In this document: positions 47,333-56,699 of the stretch, one piece after another
Numbering within the stretch: the stretch's first letter is position 1
Layout of the letters: each line of letters starts with the position of its first letter
DNA from: Sphaerochaeta sp. Phil3
Lineage (GTDB): Bacteria; Spirochaetota; Spirochaetia; Sphaerochaetales; Sphaerochaetaceae
NCBI GenBank assembly: GCA_001940825.1
Contig: MSGT01000061.1
Span: forward strand, 1,887 to 65,886
Reading direction: 5' to 3'
DNA: 64,000 bases
The notes under the pieces: model-generated
What the model was told of the DNA's origin: nothing
Database searches by the model: none
The model's input: the letters and a program-made list of their open reading frames with translations, nothing else
Made by a program: the position numbers and the translations under genes

Positions 47333-49237
47333 ATGGAAGAGAAGAGATGGGATTTGACCCCAATATATCCGGCAGTGGACTCGCCGGAGTTCAACGCGGA
47401 TCTTGCAAGGCTCAAGAGTCTTTTGGATTCGTTTAGAAAGAGCCTTGAAGGCGGCCTCTCATGTAGTTCGTGCGGCTGTGGTTCTGAGCATGGTGTTTCG
47501 CTCGCTGGCTTGATTGACGCAATGAACGAGATAGGAGACCTTTCGACGACGCTTTCTTCGTATGCCTACTGTCAGGTTTCGACCAACACGACCGACAAGG
47601 CGGCTGTGAACGCCCTCAACAAGGTTGAAGAGCTTTCCATGGACAGTGCCGTTTGCAATACGCTTTTTACTGAGTATGTTGCTTCGCATGGAGATGAAGT
47701 GGCTTCCTATTGCGCTGAGCATCCGGAGTATGCGTTTGTGTTGGGAGAGGTTGCCGATGAAGCTAAGCATCAGATGCCAAAGGAGATGGAGGAGCTTGCC
47801 GCAGACCTTATGAGAAGCGGATCCGACAGCTACGACAGGCTTCAGGAGGCCGTTTCCTCCAGTGCATGCGCTTCGTTGGATGGCGAGGATTTGACCGTAA
47901 TCCAGCTTCGTTCACTTGCTACAAGTACAGACCGTGAGACAAGGCGCAAGGCATACGAAGCGGAGCTCAAGGTTTGGAAGGAACACGAGATTTCATTCGC
48001 ATACGCTCTCAACGGGGTGAAGGGTACTTGCCTTTCCTTGGAGAAGCGCCGCCACTGGAACAGTCCAATTGAGAGGTCCATGCATGGTGCTCGCATAAAC
48101 CAGAAGATCTTGGATGCCCTCATTGGTACGTTGGAGAAGAACCTTCCTATGTTCCGCTCCTATCTCAAGGCAAAGGCCAAGCTCATTGGTGTGGACAAGC
48201 TTGCGTTCTATGACCTGTTCGCACCAGTTGGCGATGCCAATATGTCATACTCCCTGGAAGAGGCTCGCGACTTTGTGGCCAAGCAGTATGGGTCCTTCAA
48301 TCCTGCCATGGGGCGGTTTGCAGCCCATGCGTTCGACAACGGTTGGATAGATCCTCTTCCTCGTGCAGGGAAGACTGGCGGTGCATACGACATATACATG
48401 CCAAAGATCAAGGAAAGCCGTGTGTTCGCAAACTTTGACGGCACATACGATGGTGTCTCCACATTCGCCCATGAGCTTGGACATGCATGGCATGACCACA
48501 TTGTAAGCACGAAGCCTTCCATGCTTGCATCATATCCTATGACCCTTGCCGAGACGGCTTCCATCTTCAGCGAGTTCATTGTGTTCAAAGGCGCTGTAGA
48601 GCAGGCGACAGGCGACGAGAAGCTTTCCATCATTGAGCAGTTCGTCCAAGGTGCCTGCCAGGTGTGCGTGGACATCCTTTGCCGCTTCTATTTCGAACGT
48701 GAGCTCTTTGAGCGCCGCAAGAATGGTGAGCTCATGCCTGACGAGCTTTGCGAGATAATGATCGACTGCCAGAAGAAGACCTATGGCGATGGCCTTGACG
48801 AGAACCTACTTCATCCGTATATGTGGGCGGTCAAGGGCCACTACTACAGCACGGGATTCTCGTTCTACAACTATCCGTATGCGTTTGGGCAGCTGTTCGC
48901 CCTTGGTCTTTATCATAGGAGCGAGGGAGCAGAATCTTCTTGTGCGGCTTCAGGTGAAGCTTTGTCTTCAGGAGAGGATTCTAAGTGTGGATGTTGCTGT
49001 GGTTCAAGTTCAGCTTCCAATGACAGTGAGGCTTCAGGTGAAACTCCAAAGTGTGGTGGCGAGAGACCTTTCTATGAGAAGTACAATGAGCTATTGTCTT
49101 TGACAGGTCAGCTTCCAGCCAAGGATGTGGCCCTCACAGCCGGCATAGACCTTGAAGATCCTGCATTCTGGCAGGAAGGCATGGATATAATCGCTTCATA
49201 CGTCGATCAGCTTGAAGAGATGGCCCAGAAGAGGTGA
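47333..49237 (+). CDS. M3B oligoendopeptidase F-family metallopeptidase with Cys/Ser-rich insertions
   Basis: HExxH motif FAHELGHAWHD. Start MEEKRWDL at 47333 after GGAGGA. Confidence 0.8.
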   Translation: MEEKRWDLTPIYPAVDSPEFNADLARLKSLLDSFRKSLEGGLSCSSCGCGSEHGVSLAGLIDAMNEIGDLSTTLSSYAYCQVSTNTTDKAAVNALNKVEELSMDSAVCNTLFTEYVASHGDEVASYCAEHPEYAFVLGEVADEAKHQMPKEMEELAADLMRSGSDSYDRLQEAVSSSACASLDGEDLTVIQLRSLATSTDRETRRKAYEAELKVWKEHEISFAYALNGVKGTCLSLEKRRHWNSPIERSMHGARINQKILDALIGTLEKNLPMFRSYLKAKAKLIGVDKLAFYDLFAPVGDANMSYSLEEARDFVAKQYGSFNPAMGRFAAHAFDNGWIDPLPRAGKTGGAYDIYMPKIKESRVFANFDGTYDGVSTFAHELGHAWHDHIVSTKPSMLASYPMTLAETASIFSEFIVFKGAVEQATGDEKLSIIEQFVQGACQVCVDILCRFYFERELFERRKNGELMPDELCEIMIDCQKKTYGDGLDENLLHPYMWAVKGHYYSTGFSFYNYPYAFGQLFALGLYHRSEGAESSCAASGEALSSGEDSKCGCCCGSSSASNDSEASGETPKCGGERPFYEKYNELLSLTGQLPAKDVALTAGIDLEDPAFWQEGMDIIASYVDQLEEMAQKR

Positions 49238-49247
49238 GTGCGCTTTT

Positions 49248-50351
49248 ATGATTGTCAAGGCAGGTGAGTTCGTTCAGGGTGGCCGCACTGTAGGCCGCCT
49301 TGATGATGGCAGGGTTGTTTTCCTCGATGGTTTGTTTCCTGGCGAAACCGCACAGGTCCGCATAACGGAGGAGAAGAAGGACTACTGCACCGCTGTGCCT
49401 TTGGATATTGTAGAGAGAAGTGCATACAGGCGAGTTTCTCCTTGTCCGTACAGCCGCGAATGCGGCGGCTGTCCTTGGATTGAGCTTGAGTACGAAGCCC
49501 AGGTCAGTGCGAAGGAAGAACTGCAGCGAAAACTGTTTGCAGATTGCGGGGACTTGGTGGAGTTCCTTGAGACGGTGAAATGTCCAAATGAGTTCCATTA
49601 CCGCAGTCGCGCTCGCTTCCAGTACCGTATAAGCAACGGCAAGGCAAGGCTTGGGTTCTGCGCTGAGAGGTCGAACTCAACCGTTGGCATAGAGAGCTGC
49701 ATCATTGCAGACGAAGCTCTCAATGGGTTTATAAAGGAACCGCCGCGTCTGAATGCATGGGAGCTCAAGGATATGGAGCTTCCATGCATCACCACCGATG
49801 CGGGGGTTCTGTACGGCAACGGAATTGGGTGGATTACGATAAACGGGCATAGGCTTCCTGTCTCCAATTCTGTTTTCTTCCAGTCCAATTTGAAGCTGCT
49901 ACCCCTTTTGATCGATTACGTTGTGGCGAACGTCCAAGGCAGTAGGGTGATGGATCTCTACAGCGGCGTTGGTACGTTCAGCGCCTACCTTGAAGACAAA
50001 TACGAAGTGACCGCGGTGGAGATGAACAAGCATTGTCTGGACTTGGCCAAAAGGCATCTTGCAAAGACATCGTTCTTTACGTCTCCCGTGGAGAAATGGA
50101 ACCCTCAAAGGCGGGGTGTGGATACCGTAATCGTAGACCCTCCTCGTGTTGGCCTTGCCAAGGAAGTCCCTGCCATGATCGCCTCCTGGAATCCATCACG
50201 CATCGTCTATGTCTCCTGCTATGCCCCAACCCTGTACAGGGATGTGCTTAGACTGATGGAACTTGGCTACCACCCAGCTTCCATCAAGATGTTCGACTTC
50301 TATCCACAGACGGCGCATATGGAGACGGTAGTATTGATGTCTAGCAACTAG
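49248..50351 (+). CDS. RumA/TrmA-family RNA (uracil-5)-methyltransferase with TRAM domain and Fe-S Cys cluster
   Basis: N-terminal TRAM-like domain (GRTVGRLDDGRVVFLDGLFPGE), CPYSRECGGCPW, and VDPPRVGL. Confidence 0.8.
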   Translation: MIVKAGEFVQGGRTVGRLDDGRVVFLDGLFPGETAQVRITEEKKDYCTAVPLDIVERSAYRRVSPCPYSRECGGCPWIELEYEAQVSAKEELQRKLFADCGDLVEFLETVKCPNEFHYRSRARFQYRISNGKARLGFCAERSNSTVGIESCIIADEALNGFIKEPPRLNAWELKDMELPCITTDAGVLYGNGIGWITINGHRLPVSNSVFFQSNLKLLPLLIDYVVANVQGSRVMDLYSGVGTFSAYLEDKYEVTAVEMNKHCLDLAKRHLAKTSFFTSPVEKWNPQRRGVDTVIVDPPRVGLAKEVPAMIASWNPSRIVYVSCYAPTLYRDVLRLMELGYHPASIKMFDFYPQTAHMETVVLMSSN

Positions 50352-50579
50352 TGTGGATAAAACAAATTACAAAAATTCATCGTCTCAATACCGCCTTATT
50401 CCTGTCGTAAAGGTAGTTTGCGCATAGAAGTCGATTGAGATGTCCCAGTTTTTTCTCATAGGAAGGTTGAGACCTTATCGTTGCTTTTTACGCACAGGGT
50501 TGAGACTGCAAATCTGTTGTCAGGTAAAATGGATAAAAAGAGGCGGCCACATCAGAGTGATACTGTACAATCCAACTTT

Positions 50580-50640
50580 TTTTGCAAAAAAATCCAGAAT
50601 TTTGCAACAAAAATCCAGCTTTTTTGCAAGATTTACCGTG
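50580..50640. repeat. Three direct TTTTGCAA-type repeats near the prophage terminus (candidate transposase end-binding sites)
   Basis: TTTTGCAAAAAAATCCAG at 50580-50597, TTTTGCAACAAAAATCCAG at 50600-50618, TTTTGCAAGATTTACCGTG at 50622-50640. Also GGTTGAGAC twice (50465-50473, 50498-50506). Confidence 0.45.
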
Positions 50641-50782
50641 CTTTTCAATGCTTTTCCGTGCAATATCGTGCACAGTTTTAACGCTGTTTGAACACCTGTT
50701 GAAAGGGTGTAAAAAGGCCACTGGACTTTAGGGATCCGATGGCCAAAAACAAAAGGAGGTATGTGGTGCCTCTGCAGCACAA

Positions 50783-51049
50783 TCAGATGGTACTGCAATG
50801 CAATCCTGCAGAATCTGAACGTCTTTTCTCCGTGACTTCCCGGATATACGGGTACCAGGTTCCATTGATCAGGAACGAGCAGTATCTGCCAAGCCTCACA
50901 CTCTCAAGAATGCCCTGTGCACAGTGCTCCGGATAGTTCATTATGGTGTTGAGGTAACTGGAGTAGGCAACGACCTTTCCCTTGAGCCTTTTTGCCAGTT
51001 CTGGCTTCGAGAAATCCCTCAGCGGTCCGAATGAAGGGAACATGGTCAC
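50783..51049 (-). CDS. Prophage early-region hypothetical protein
   Basis: 88-aa ORF. ATGA coupling to the upstream gene. Last gene of the leftward operon. Confidence 0.5.
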   Translation of the reverse strand: MTMFPSFGPLRDFSKPELAKRLKGKVVAYSSYLNTIMNYPEHCAQGILESVRLGRYCSFLINGTWYPYIREVTEKRRSDSAGLHCSTI

Positions 51050-51330
51050 CTCCTTACCACACCCAGGTGGTATCCGGTCAGGTCTTCCTGCCCATCGGCA
51101 GCTTTGGGGATGATTCTGGCCAGCTTTTCAAGAAGCCTTATACCGACAATCAACGCATATTCAATGGAGAAAGGACGCCAGAATCCTCCTGCCCGGACAA
51201 GAACCATGTATCCGGAGACCAGAATGGTGTTGTCTCCCTTTGCATATCTCGCGTTCCCATCGCAGTCTCCGGTGCGTTCAAAGCCGGCTTCGATGATCCT
51301 TGACTCGAGTCTTCCATCCACTGCAATCAT
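51046..51330 (-). CDS. Prophage early-region hypothetical protein
   Basis: Start MIAVDG at 51330 gives an ATGA overlap with the upstream stop (51327). Confidence 0.5.
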   Translation of the reverse strand: MIAVDGRLESRIIEAGFERTGDCDGNARYAKGDNTILVSGYMVLVRAGGFWRPFSIEYALIVGIRLLEKLARIIPKAADGQEDLTGYHLGVVRR

Positions 51331-51512
51331 CTGTCGCCTCCTGAGATCCAGAAACATACGAGGCTGATGGCTTCGAACAGCAATGTCACAACCACCGGAG
51401 CGGAGCTTCTTTCACACATGCCCAATGCATAAGCCAGGGCAAGAACCGCAGCTGTGGCCAGCGCAGCATATGCTGTCAGCCTCATGATGAATCGTCTTCT
51501 TGTGCCTTTCAT
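51327..51512 (-). CDS. Small membrane/secreted prophage protein with twin-arginine-like N-terminus
   Basis: Start at 51512 after AAAGGAGAA. Sequence begins MKGTRRRFIMRLTAYAALATAAVLALAYA and is followed by one more hydrophobic segment. Confidence 0.45.
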   Translation of the reverse strand: MKGTRRRFIMRLTAYAALATAAVLALAYALGMCERSSAPVVVTLLFEAISLVCFWISGGDR

Positions 51513-51528
51513 GGTTTCTCCTTTGCCG

Positions 51529-52167
51529 TCAGTCAAACAGCGACGGCGGTGCCGTTTCCCTTTTGGGTTTTGACTCTCCGGACTCTGAAGAGACCGGAAG
51601 ATTGATCACCTCAGACTCAACAAGCCAGTCATAGATCTCCGGCCAGCTGATGTCCTCGGAACAGGTTCCGACGCTTTCTTTCACAAGATCCGTCGGCACT
51701 CCCAGAATCATCGCCCAGACTGAAGCCCTGGCGGAGAAGGGGAAGGGCAGGCTCTGCAGGGAATACCAGTCCTGAGGGCTCTGCTCCGTCTTGCCTTCCA
51801 TCCTGTCGAACGGGCACCTTCCTGATGGTGCATGTCCGTGTGGGAGTTGTGACAGATATCTGTAAAGTCCGATACGTCCTGGATCGCAGTCCTTGGATCC
51901 GTCCATTTCAGTGAATTCGCCGGTTTTGTTTTCCAGATAGTCCAGATAATCCAGGATGGCAGTGTAGGGGATTCTGTATTCGTCCCCGAGGCGCAACGCA
52001 TCGAGATGATAGGTTGCTATGATGGCATACCTGATCTCGAACGGTGTCTTGCCTGTGATGGCTGCAGTCTGGGCAATCCCGTAGAAAATCAGCCCCTCCC
52101 GGGCTTTGCCCAGAAGGAGCTCTCTTGTGGAGATTCTGCAATAGGAAAACAGATCCGGCTGAACCAC
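51529..52167 (-). CDS. Prophage early-region hypothetical protein (possible HTH)
   Basis: GTG start with GAGG upstream. GIAQTAAITGKTPFEIRYAI looks like a helix-turn-helix. Confidence 0.5.
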   Translation of the reverse strand: MVQPDLFSYCRISTRELLLGKAREGLIFYGIAQTAAITGKTPFEIRYAIIATYHLDALRLGDEYRIPYTAILDYLDYLENKTGEFTEMDGSKDCDPGRIGLYRYLSQLPHGHAPSGRCPFDRMEGKTEQSPQDWYSLQSLPFPFSARASVWAMILGVPTDLVKESVGTCSEDISWPEIYDWLVESEVINLPVSSESGESKPKRETAPPSLFD

Positions 52168-52175
52168 TGGAGACC

Positions 52176-52790
52176 TCAGATGGTTGAGAATTCAAGCATG
52201 TGGGTCTTGTAGGCGCCATCCTCCGTTCTGTCACGCAAACGGAGACATGGGGTGGTGGATGCGACGGTGACGCTGTCAGAGATGATCTCCATGGCCTTCA
52301 GCCAGCGTTCATCCCTGATGTCGCACTGCTTGAGCTCCATGAGGCGCTTTACGTCCATTTTGCCCTGTTTTACCCTGAATGCGAGATTGACAATGGCGCG
52401 CAGATCCGGGGAGGCCTCGCTTGTGATATCGGCCAGATACTCATCAATGAGCTCCCTTGCCAGATTCACACCTTCGTTGATCACAAGATTGTTCGCCTGT
52501 GCGAGGACAATCTGGACGGATCCGTCGTAGCTTGTGAGGATGACATTGCCTTTGGATCCACCCATCTTCACACCGTACTGCTCGGCGGCTATGATGAGGA
52601 ACTCCTGGATGTCGGACATGCATTGGGCCTTTACCTCTTTCATGCAGGCCTCAAGGGCCCTGATCCTCTCTGCGTTCTTCGTCACGACGCTGTCGCGTAG
52701 CTTGTCGATGTCCTTGACCGCCTCTATGGGCACCATGGACCCTGTACTGTTGAAGCAATACTCCTTCCCGTTGACGTTCTGAATCTTCAT
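52176..52790 (-). CDS. DUF3164-family protein (Mu-like phage early protein)
   Basis: GGSKGNVILTSYDGSVQIV...DIRDERWLKAMEIISDSV matches my recollection of the DUF3164 consensus. Start at 52790 after AAGGAG. Confidence 0.7.
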   Translation of the reverse strand: MKIQNVNGKEYCFNSTGSMVPIEAVKDIDKLRDSVVTKNAERIRALEACMKEVKAQCMSDIQEFLIIAAEQYGVKMGGSKGNVILTSYDGSVQIVLAQANNLVINEGVNLARELIDEYLADITSEASPDLRAIVNLAFRVKQGKMDVKRLMELKQCDIRDERWLKAMEIISDSVTVASTTPCLRLRDRTEDGAYKTHMLEFSTI

Positions 52791-52791
52791 C

Positions 52792-53274
52792 TCATGCTCC
52801 TTCGCCGACTCTGCGGCTTTCATATTTCGCTGTACGGTGGATAAAACCGAATACATCCCTCAATTCCTCGTACTTGCACTCGGAGATGTCGTCACGGCCA
52901 TATTTCTTCCAGACGTAGCCGTTGATCCTGTCATTCCAGTGCTCCCCGAGGAGCTTCTCCGCCTCCTTTCTGACAATCGGAAGCATCTGGTATGCCGTCT
53001 TCCTCCTGGACTTCGGCTTGAGTTTCCTGAATCCTGCCTTGTCGAAAGTGTCCATGACCTTCTGCAGCCCTTCGGTGTCGATCATGGCGCAGGTGTCTGC
53101 ACCGCCCATGGCCTCAAGGATGCTTCGGTACCAGAATTCCGGCATCTTCTTCGTCGCTTTGCCGCATGTCGGACAGCTGTTCTCGAACGAAAGCCTTCCG
53201 CAGCTGCAGGTCCGGGCCTGGTTCCTTGCCACATGGATCAGCTTGATCAGCGTTTCTCTTCTTCCTGTGTTCAT
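52792..53274 (-). CDS. GemA / Mu gp16-like regulatory protein (DUF1018-like) with inserted Cys4 ribbon
   Basis: ETLIKLIHVARNQ... and GLQKVMDTFDKAGFRKLKPK resemble the gp16/GemA pattern. CSCG...CPTCG insertion. ATGA overlap at 53274. Confidence 0.55.
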   Translation of the reverse strand: MNTGRRETLIKLIHVARNQARTCSCGRLSFENSCPTCGKATKKMPEFWYRSILEAMGGADTCAMIDTEGLQKVMDTFDKAGFRKLKPKSRRKTAYQMLPIVRKEAEKLLGEHWNDRINGYVWKKYGRDDISECKYEELRDVFGFIHRTAKYESRRVGEGA

Positions 53275-53717
53275 TTCTTCTCCACCATGGGTCGCGGTAC
53301 ATCGAGTACCAGACGATAGACCGAGTAGATCTTGTTCTCTCCGACATGGACCGCAATCCCTTTCCTGATCCAAGAGTGAATCAGATGGGAGCAGTAGGCA
53401 TGCGAGGCTCCGGAATGCAGCGCAAGATCTCTGAGGGTGAATTCCTTCAGGATTCTGGCTGCCCTATAGGCCGTTTCGGCCTTCGGTTCATGGATCTCCG
53501 ATTCCAGACTTGTGACAATGCCGTCCTCTATGCTGACTAGGCCGTCCCGCTTCAGGCTCTTCACCGAGGATCTCAAGAGCGTTGGGCTGACATCACTGAA
53601 TATCCTGCGGATCTCATCCATGCTTACACTGCCTTTGCCGAACACGAATTTGCGTATCTGCGTCCTGCGGAGGCTGGAGTTGAACAGAACAGTCCTGGCG
53701 TCCTTATCTAATGCCAT
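53271..53717 (-). CDS. Prophage hypothetical protein, tandem winged-helix-like
   Basis: 148-aa ORF in the operon. Two segments resemble wHTH (SMDEIRRIF...LKRDGLV; FTLRDLALHSGASHAYCSHLIHSWIRKGI). Confidence 0.5.
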   Translation of the reverse strand: MALDKDARTVLFNSSLRRTQIRKFVFGKGSVSMDEIRRIFSDVSPTLLRSSVKSLKRDGLVSIEDGIVTSLESEIHEPKAETAYRAARILKEFTLRDLALHSGASHAYCSHLIHSWIRKGIAVHVGENKIYSVYRLVLDVPRPMVEKK

Positions 53718-54624
53718 CCTTGACCACCTTGATGTCCACCTCTGAGAGATCGTTGGTGTTCATGTGCTGCACGATGCGCTGGGCATCGTTGACCATGATT
53801 CTGAAGTCGCCTCTGCAGGACTTGAGAAGAAGCTGCTGGATCTCTGCCTTGCCTGTGAGATCGAGCCCGATGGCCTCATGCCAGTACAGGGCTATGTCAA
53901 CGCAGGAAAGAGGTGCGAACTCCACTCTGGGTTTGCGCATCCTGGACTCAAGACGTGGCTCTGTGTGGATCTTTGTGAGCAGGGCAGGCTCTCCGATCAG
54001 CAGAATCGGAAGGCCACAGTACTCGTTCAGACCTCTGAGAGCCTCAAGCAGCCTGACCGGCATTCGGTCCGCCTCATCTACAACAAGAAGCTTACGGTAT
54101 ACCGCACATGCATCCCTGATGGCGTCCTTGATATCCACGAATGAGTGCCTGGTCTCTCCGGTCATGCCGCGCAGGGCATCCCTCATGAGCCCTGCGATGG
54201 TGTAGCCGTCCATGAAGAGCAGGTAGGTTGCCCTGTCGTTGGACGCGCAGAAGTGCTTGATGGTCGTGGTCTTTCCGTAGCCGGCCTTGCCGGTGCAGAC
54301 GCCTATGGATGCATTGAGTGTTGAACGCGGGTTCAACAGGTCTGCAGCCAGGGCATCGAGGGCCATGACGTTGTTGGTGCGGACGAACTTGGTGTCGTCT
54401 ATCTCGATTCTCTCGCGCTCATATTCCGGCAGCAGCCGGGCCTGATCATGTGTGAGCCTGCCGGCTCTGACCATGGCCTCTATGGCCTTTTTCTCCCATG
54501 ACTCCCAGTTCGGGTAGTCATGATCCTTGACCTTGCTGATTGTTGCCTTTGAGCAGTCGAGCAGGGCCGCCACATCACCCAGAGACATCTCTGAGATCTC
54601 CATTGCTTTTTTGAGTTCAATCAT
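53704..54624 (-). CDS. MuB-like AAA+ DNA transposition ATPase
   Basis: N-terminal HTH (SLGDVAALLDCSKATISKVK), Walker A GKAGYGKTT and Walker B LLVVDEADRM. ATGA overlap with the transposase stop. Confidence 0.8.
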   Translation of the reverse strand: MIELKKAMEISEMSLGDVAALLDCSKATISKVKDHDYPNWESWEKKAIEAMVRAGRLTHDQARLLPEYERERIEIDDTKFVRTNNVMALDALAADLLNPRSTLNASIGVCTGKAGYGKTTTIKHFCASNDRATYLLFMDGYTIAGLMRDALRGMTGETRHSFVDIKDAIRDACAVYRKLLVVDEADRMPVRLLEALRGLNEYCGLPILLIGEPALLTKIHTEPRLESRMRKPRVEFAPLSCVDIALYWHEAIGLDLTGKAEIQQLLLKSCRGDFRIMVNDAQRIVQHMNTNDLSEVDIKVVKDGIR

Positions 54625-56699
54625 GCCAATCTGATTCCTCTTGCCTTGATTTCCGCTTCGATGACTTCCCACCTCTGCAGGTTGTCCCGATATTCTTCTC
54701 CTGCCTTGTACTGACGGGCGAACGCCTTGTCTTCCTCGGTCAGATATTCCATGTTCCCTGTGAGCACCATCTCCATGTACCATGCGTATCTTTCCCAGCC
54801 GTGGGCGAAGTAATCCGGCCTGATCGGTCGCACCTTGGGTTCCGGAAGCTGCTTCATCTGCGGCTTCTGCTCCCATTGCTCCTCGATGTCCTCGGTCTTT
54901 CTCTCCGGTCTGTATATGACATCGCCTATCATCTCGACGGCCACTTTGAATGCCTGGCGCACCGCCTTCATCTGGGCCCGTTTCTGCGCCATCTTCTCCT
55001 GAAGGGTGATGTCGTCCAGCATGATGTTCGCACCGTCATCCAGAAGCAACGGCCTCCATGGCTGAGTCGAGTCAGGGACACGGACGATGATGTACGACGG
55101 ATCCCACGGGCTGAAGCGTACGTCCAGCGTCTGTCCGTCATTGCGCCATACACCGGTGTCATCCATCGCTGACCCTGTTGAGGAGAGAAGGGGACCGTTG
55201 TAGTAGCGGCTTCCGAGCTGTATGAATCCGTTGCGGACCTTGCGTCTTGTGCGGCTCATCATGATGCAGTCCACGTCCAGGTCGGAGAGCCTGCGGTTCT
55301 CCTTCCAGCCCATGTCCTTTCGCTTCTGGAGGTAGCTGATAGGGGACATTCCCAGAGTGGCGTGTTCTGTGTTCTCGTAGCGCTCGAAGCACTCGGAAAG
55401 GGTCTGAGCAAACTCGTAGATGTCAAGCAGCAGATGGTGGTCCTTGTCCCGTTCGAGCCTTGCGCGTTCGACCTCGTCCACAGCAGCGGCTGCTCCCGGA
55501 GTGGCTGCATGGCCTGGAAGGTTCATCTTCTTCAGCATCTCCTCAATGGTTCTGAAAAAGCGTTCTATGTCCTTTGCCTTGGCGTTCTTGACCTGGGCGA
55601 AGATTCTGCGGTAGGACTGCCGAGTGGGACCGGCATCCATGACGGAGCCATCCTCAAGCTCAAGTGCATAACGTCCGGATTTGGTGCGGTCCAGCTCGCA
55701 GATGTCATTCATCCCGGCACCCACATGCATCAGGTCGTCTATGACCTGCTCGGTTGCCTTGGAGCACTCCGGTTTTCCGTTGTCGTTGTAGGTGTTCTCG
55801 AACAGACCATGTCTGAAGATTCCGTTGCGAAGGCTCTCCTTGACGGTCTCAGCCGTGTAGGCGTGGGTCTCCAGAGCCACTCCATAGACCGTCTTGGTGC
55901 ACATGTCTATCCAGCAGTAGCATTCCGGTCTGAGAATCACGCCTTTCTCGTAATCCGCAACCCAGTAGTCGAATATGTGCTGGTCCCCGATGATGATCTG
56001 GAACGGGCGGAGCCTTGTGCAGTCACGCCTGATGTAGAAGTAGTTGTCCAGGGCGCGGTTGCCGCCTTCAGCGAAGTCCAGAAGCTGCTTGTCTATGGTT
56101 CCTAGTATGGTGAAGGCTGTGCTCCTGGATCCGATGTTCCAGCCCATCTCCTCCGCCTTGACCTGAAGGTGTTCCCAGGCGTTCTGCTTGGAGCAGAAAC
56201 CTGTGTCCCTCAGGGACTTGAGCATATAACCCTTCATCCATGCTATGGCCTCCTGATCGAACACCCTCGACACCGATGCCTTCTGGACGGCACCGAGGAT
56301 CCCGTTGGTCTCGAAGTCCTTCTCATAGCGTCTGACGGTGGCTTCGGAGATTCCGAAGAAGAAAGCCACGGAGCTGTACTGTTCACCTTTCGGCATTCCC
56401 GGCGGTAGGTTGCGCAACCTCTGCAGGACGCTGAATTTCTGTTTGTCCTTCGCGGACAGTTTTCCCCCAATCGCCTGGAAGCTGGCAAGGGTGGATGGCC
56501 CATTGTCCTTCAGTGGGGTCAGGGCCTTCTCGGACTTCGCCTTCTGCATGCTGCCGCAGATCTCTGGCGGGACGGAGTCCGAGTCATAGAGCTTGGACTT
56601 GCCGTCCTTCATGGTCCATCTGATCTTCCCTTCGGCCGCAAGCATCTGGATGTACCGGACGCTCTTGCCCATCCTCTGTGCGAGTTCCTTTGCGCTCAT
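54621..56699 (-). CDS. Mu-type DDE transposase (MuA-like)
   Basis: N-terminal HTH (MSAKELAQRMGKSVRYIQMLAAEGKI). rve-type DDE core: IIGDQHIFDYW, CYCWIDMCT and YNDNGKPECS. About 690 aa. Confidence 0.85.
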   Translation of the reverse strand: MSAKELAQRMGKSVRYIQMLAAEGKIRWTMKDGKSKLYDSDSVPPEICGSMQKAKSEKALTPLKDNGPSTLASFQAIGGKLSAKDKQKFSVLQRLRNLPPGMPKGEQYSSVAFFFGISEATVRRYEKDFETNGILGAVQKASVSRVFDQEAIAWMKGYMLKSLRDTGFCSKQNAWEHLQVKAEEMGWNIGSRSTAFTILGTIDKQLLDFAEGGNRALDNYFYIRRDCTRLRPFQIIIGDQHIFDYWVADYEKGVILRPECYCWIDMCTKTVYGVALETHAYTAETVKESLRNGIFRHGLFENTYNDNGKPECSKATEQVIDDLMHVGAGMNDICELDRTKSGRYALELEDGSVMDAGPTRQSYRRIFAQVKNAKAKDIERFFRTIEEMLKKMNLPGHAATPGAAAAVDEVERARLERDKDHHLLLDIYEFAQTLSECFERYENTEHATLGMSPISYLQKRKDMGWKENRRLSDLDVDCIMMSRTRRKVRNGFIQLGSRYYNGPLLSSTGSAMDDTGVWRNDGQTLDVRFSPWDPSYIIVRVPDSTQPWRPLLLDDGANIMLDDITLQEKMAQKRAQMKAVRQAFKVAVEMIGDVIYRPERKTEDIEEQWEQKPQMKQLPEPKVRPIRPDYFAHGWERYAWYMEMVLTGNMEYLTEEDKAFARQYKAGEEYRDNLQRWEVIEAEIKARGIRLA

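Noticed and set aside
50440-50798. Several 66-92-aa ORFs on both strands in the prophage terminal region
   Set aside because: The region is AT-rich and repeat-dense. The products are implausible (poly-Phe/Lys/Cys), there are no SD sites, and the region is better explained as transposase-binding end sequence.
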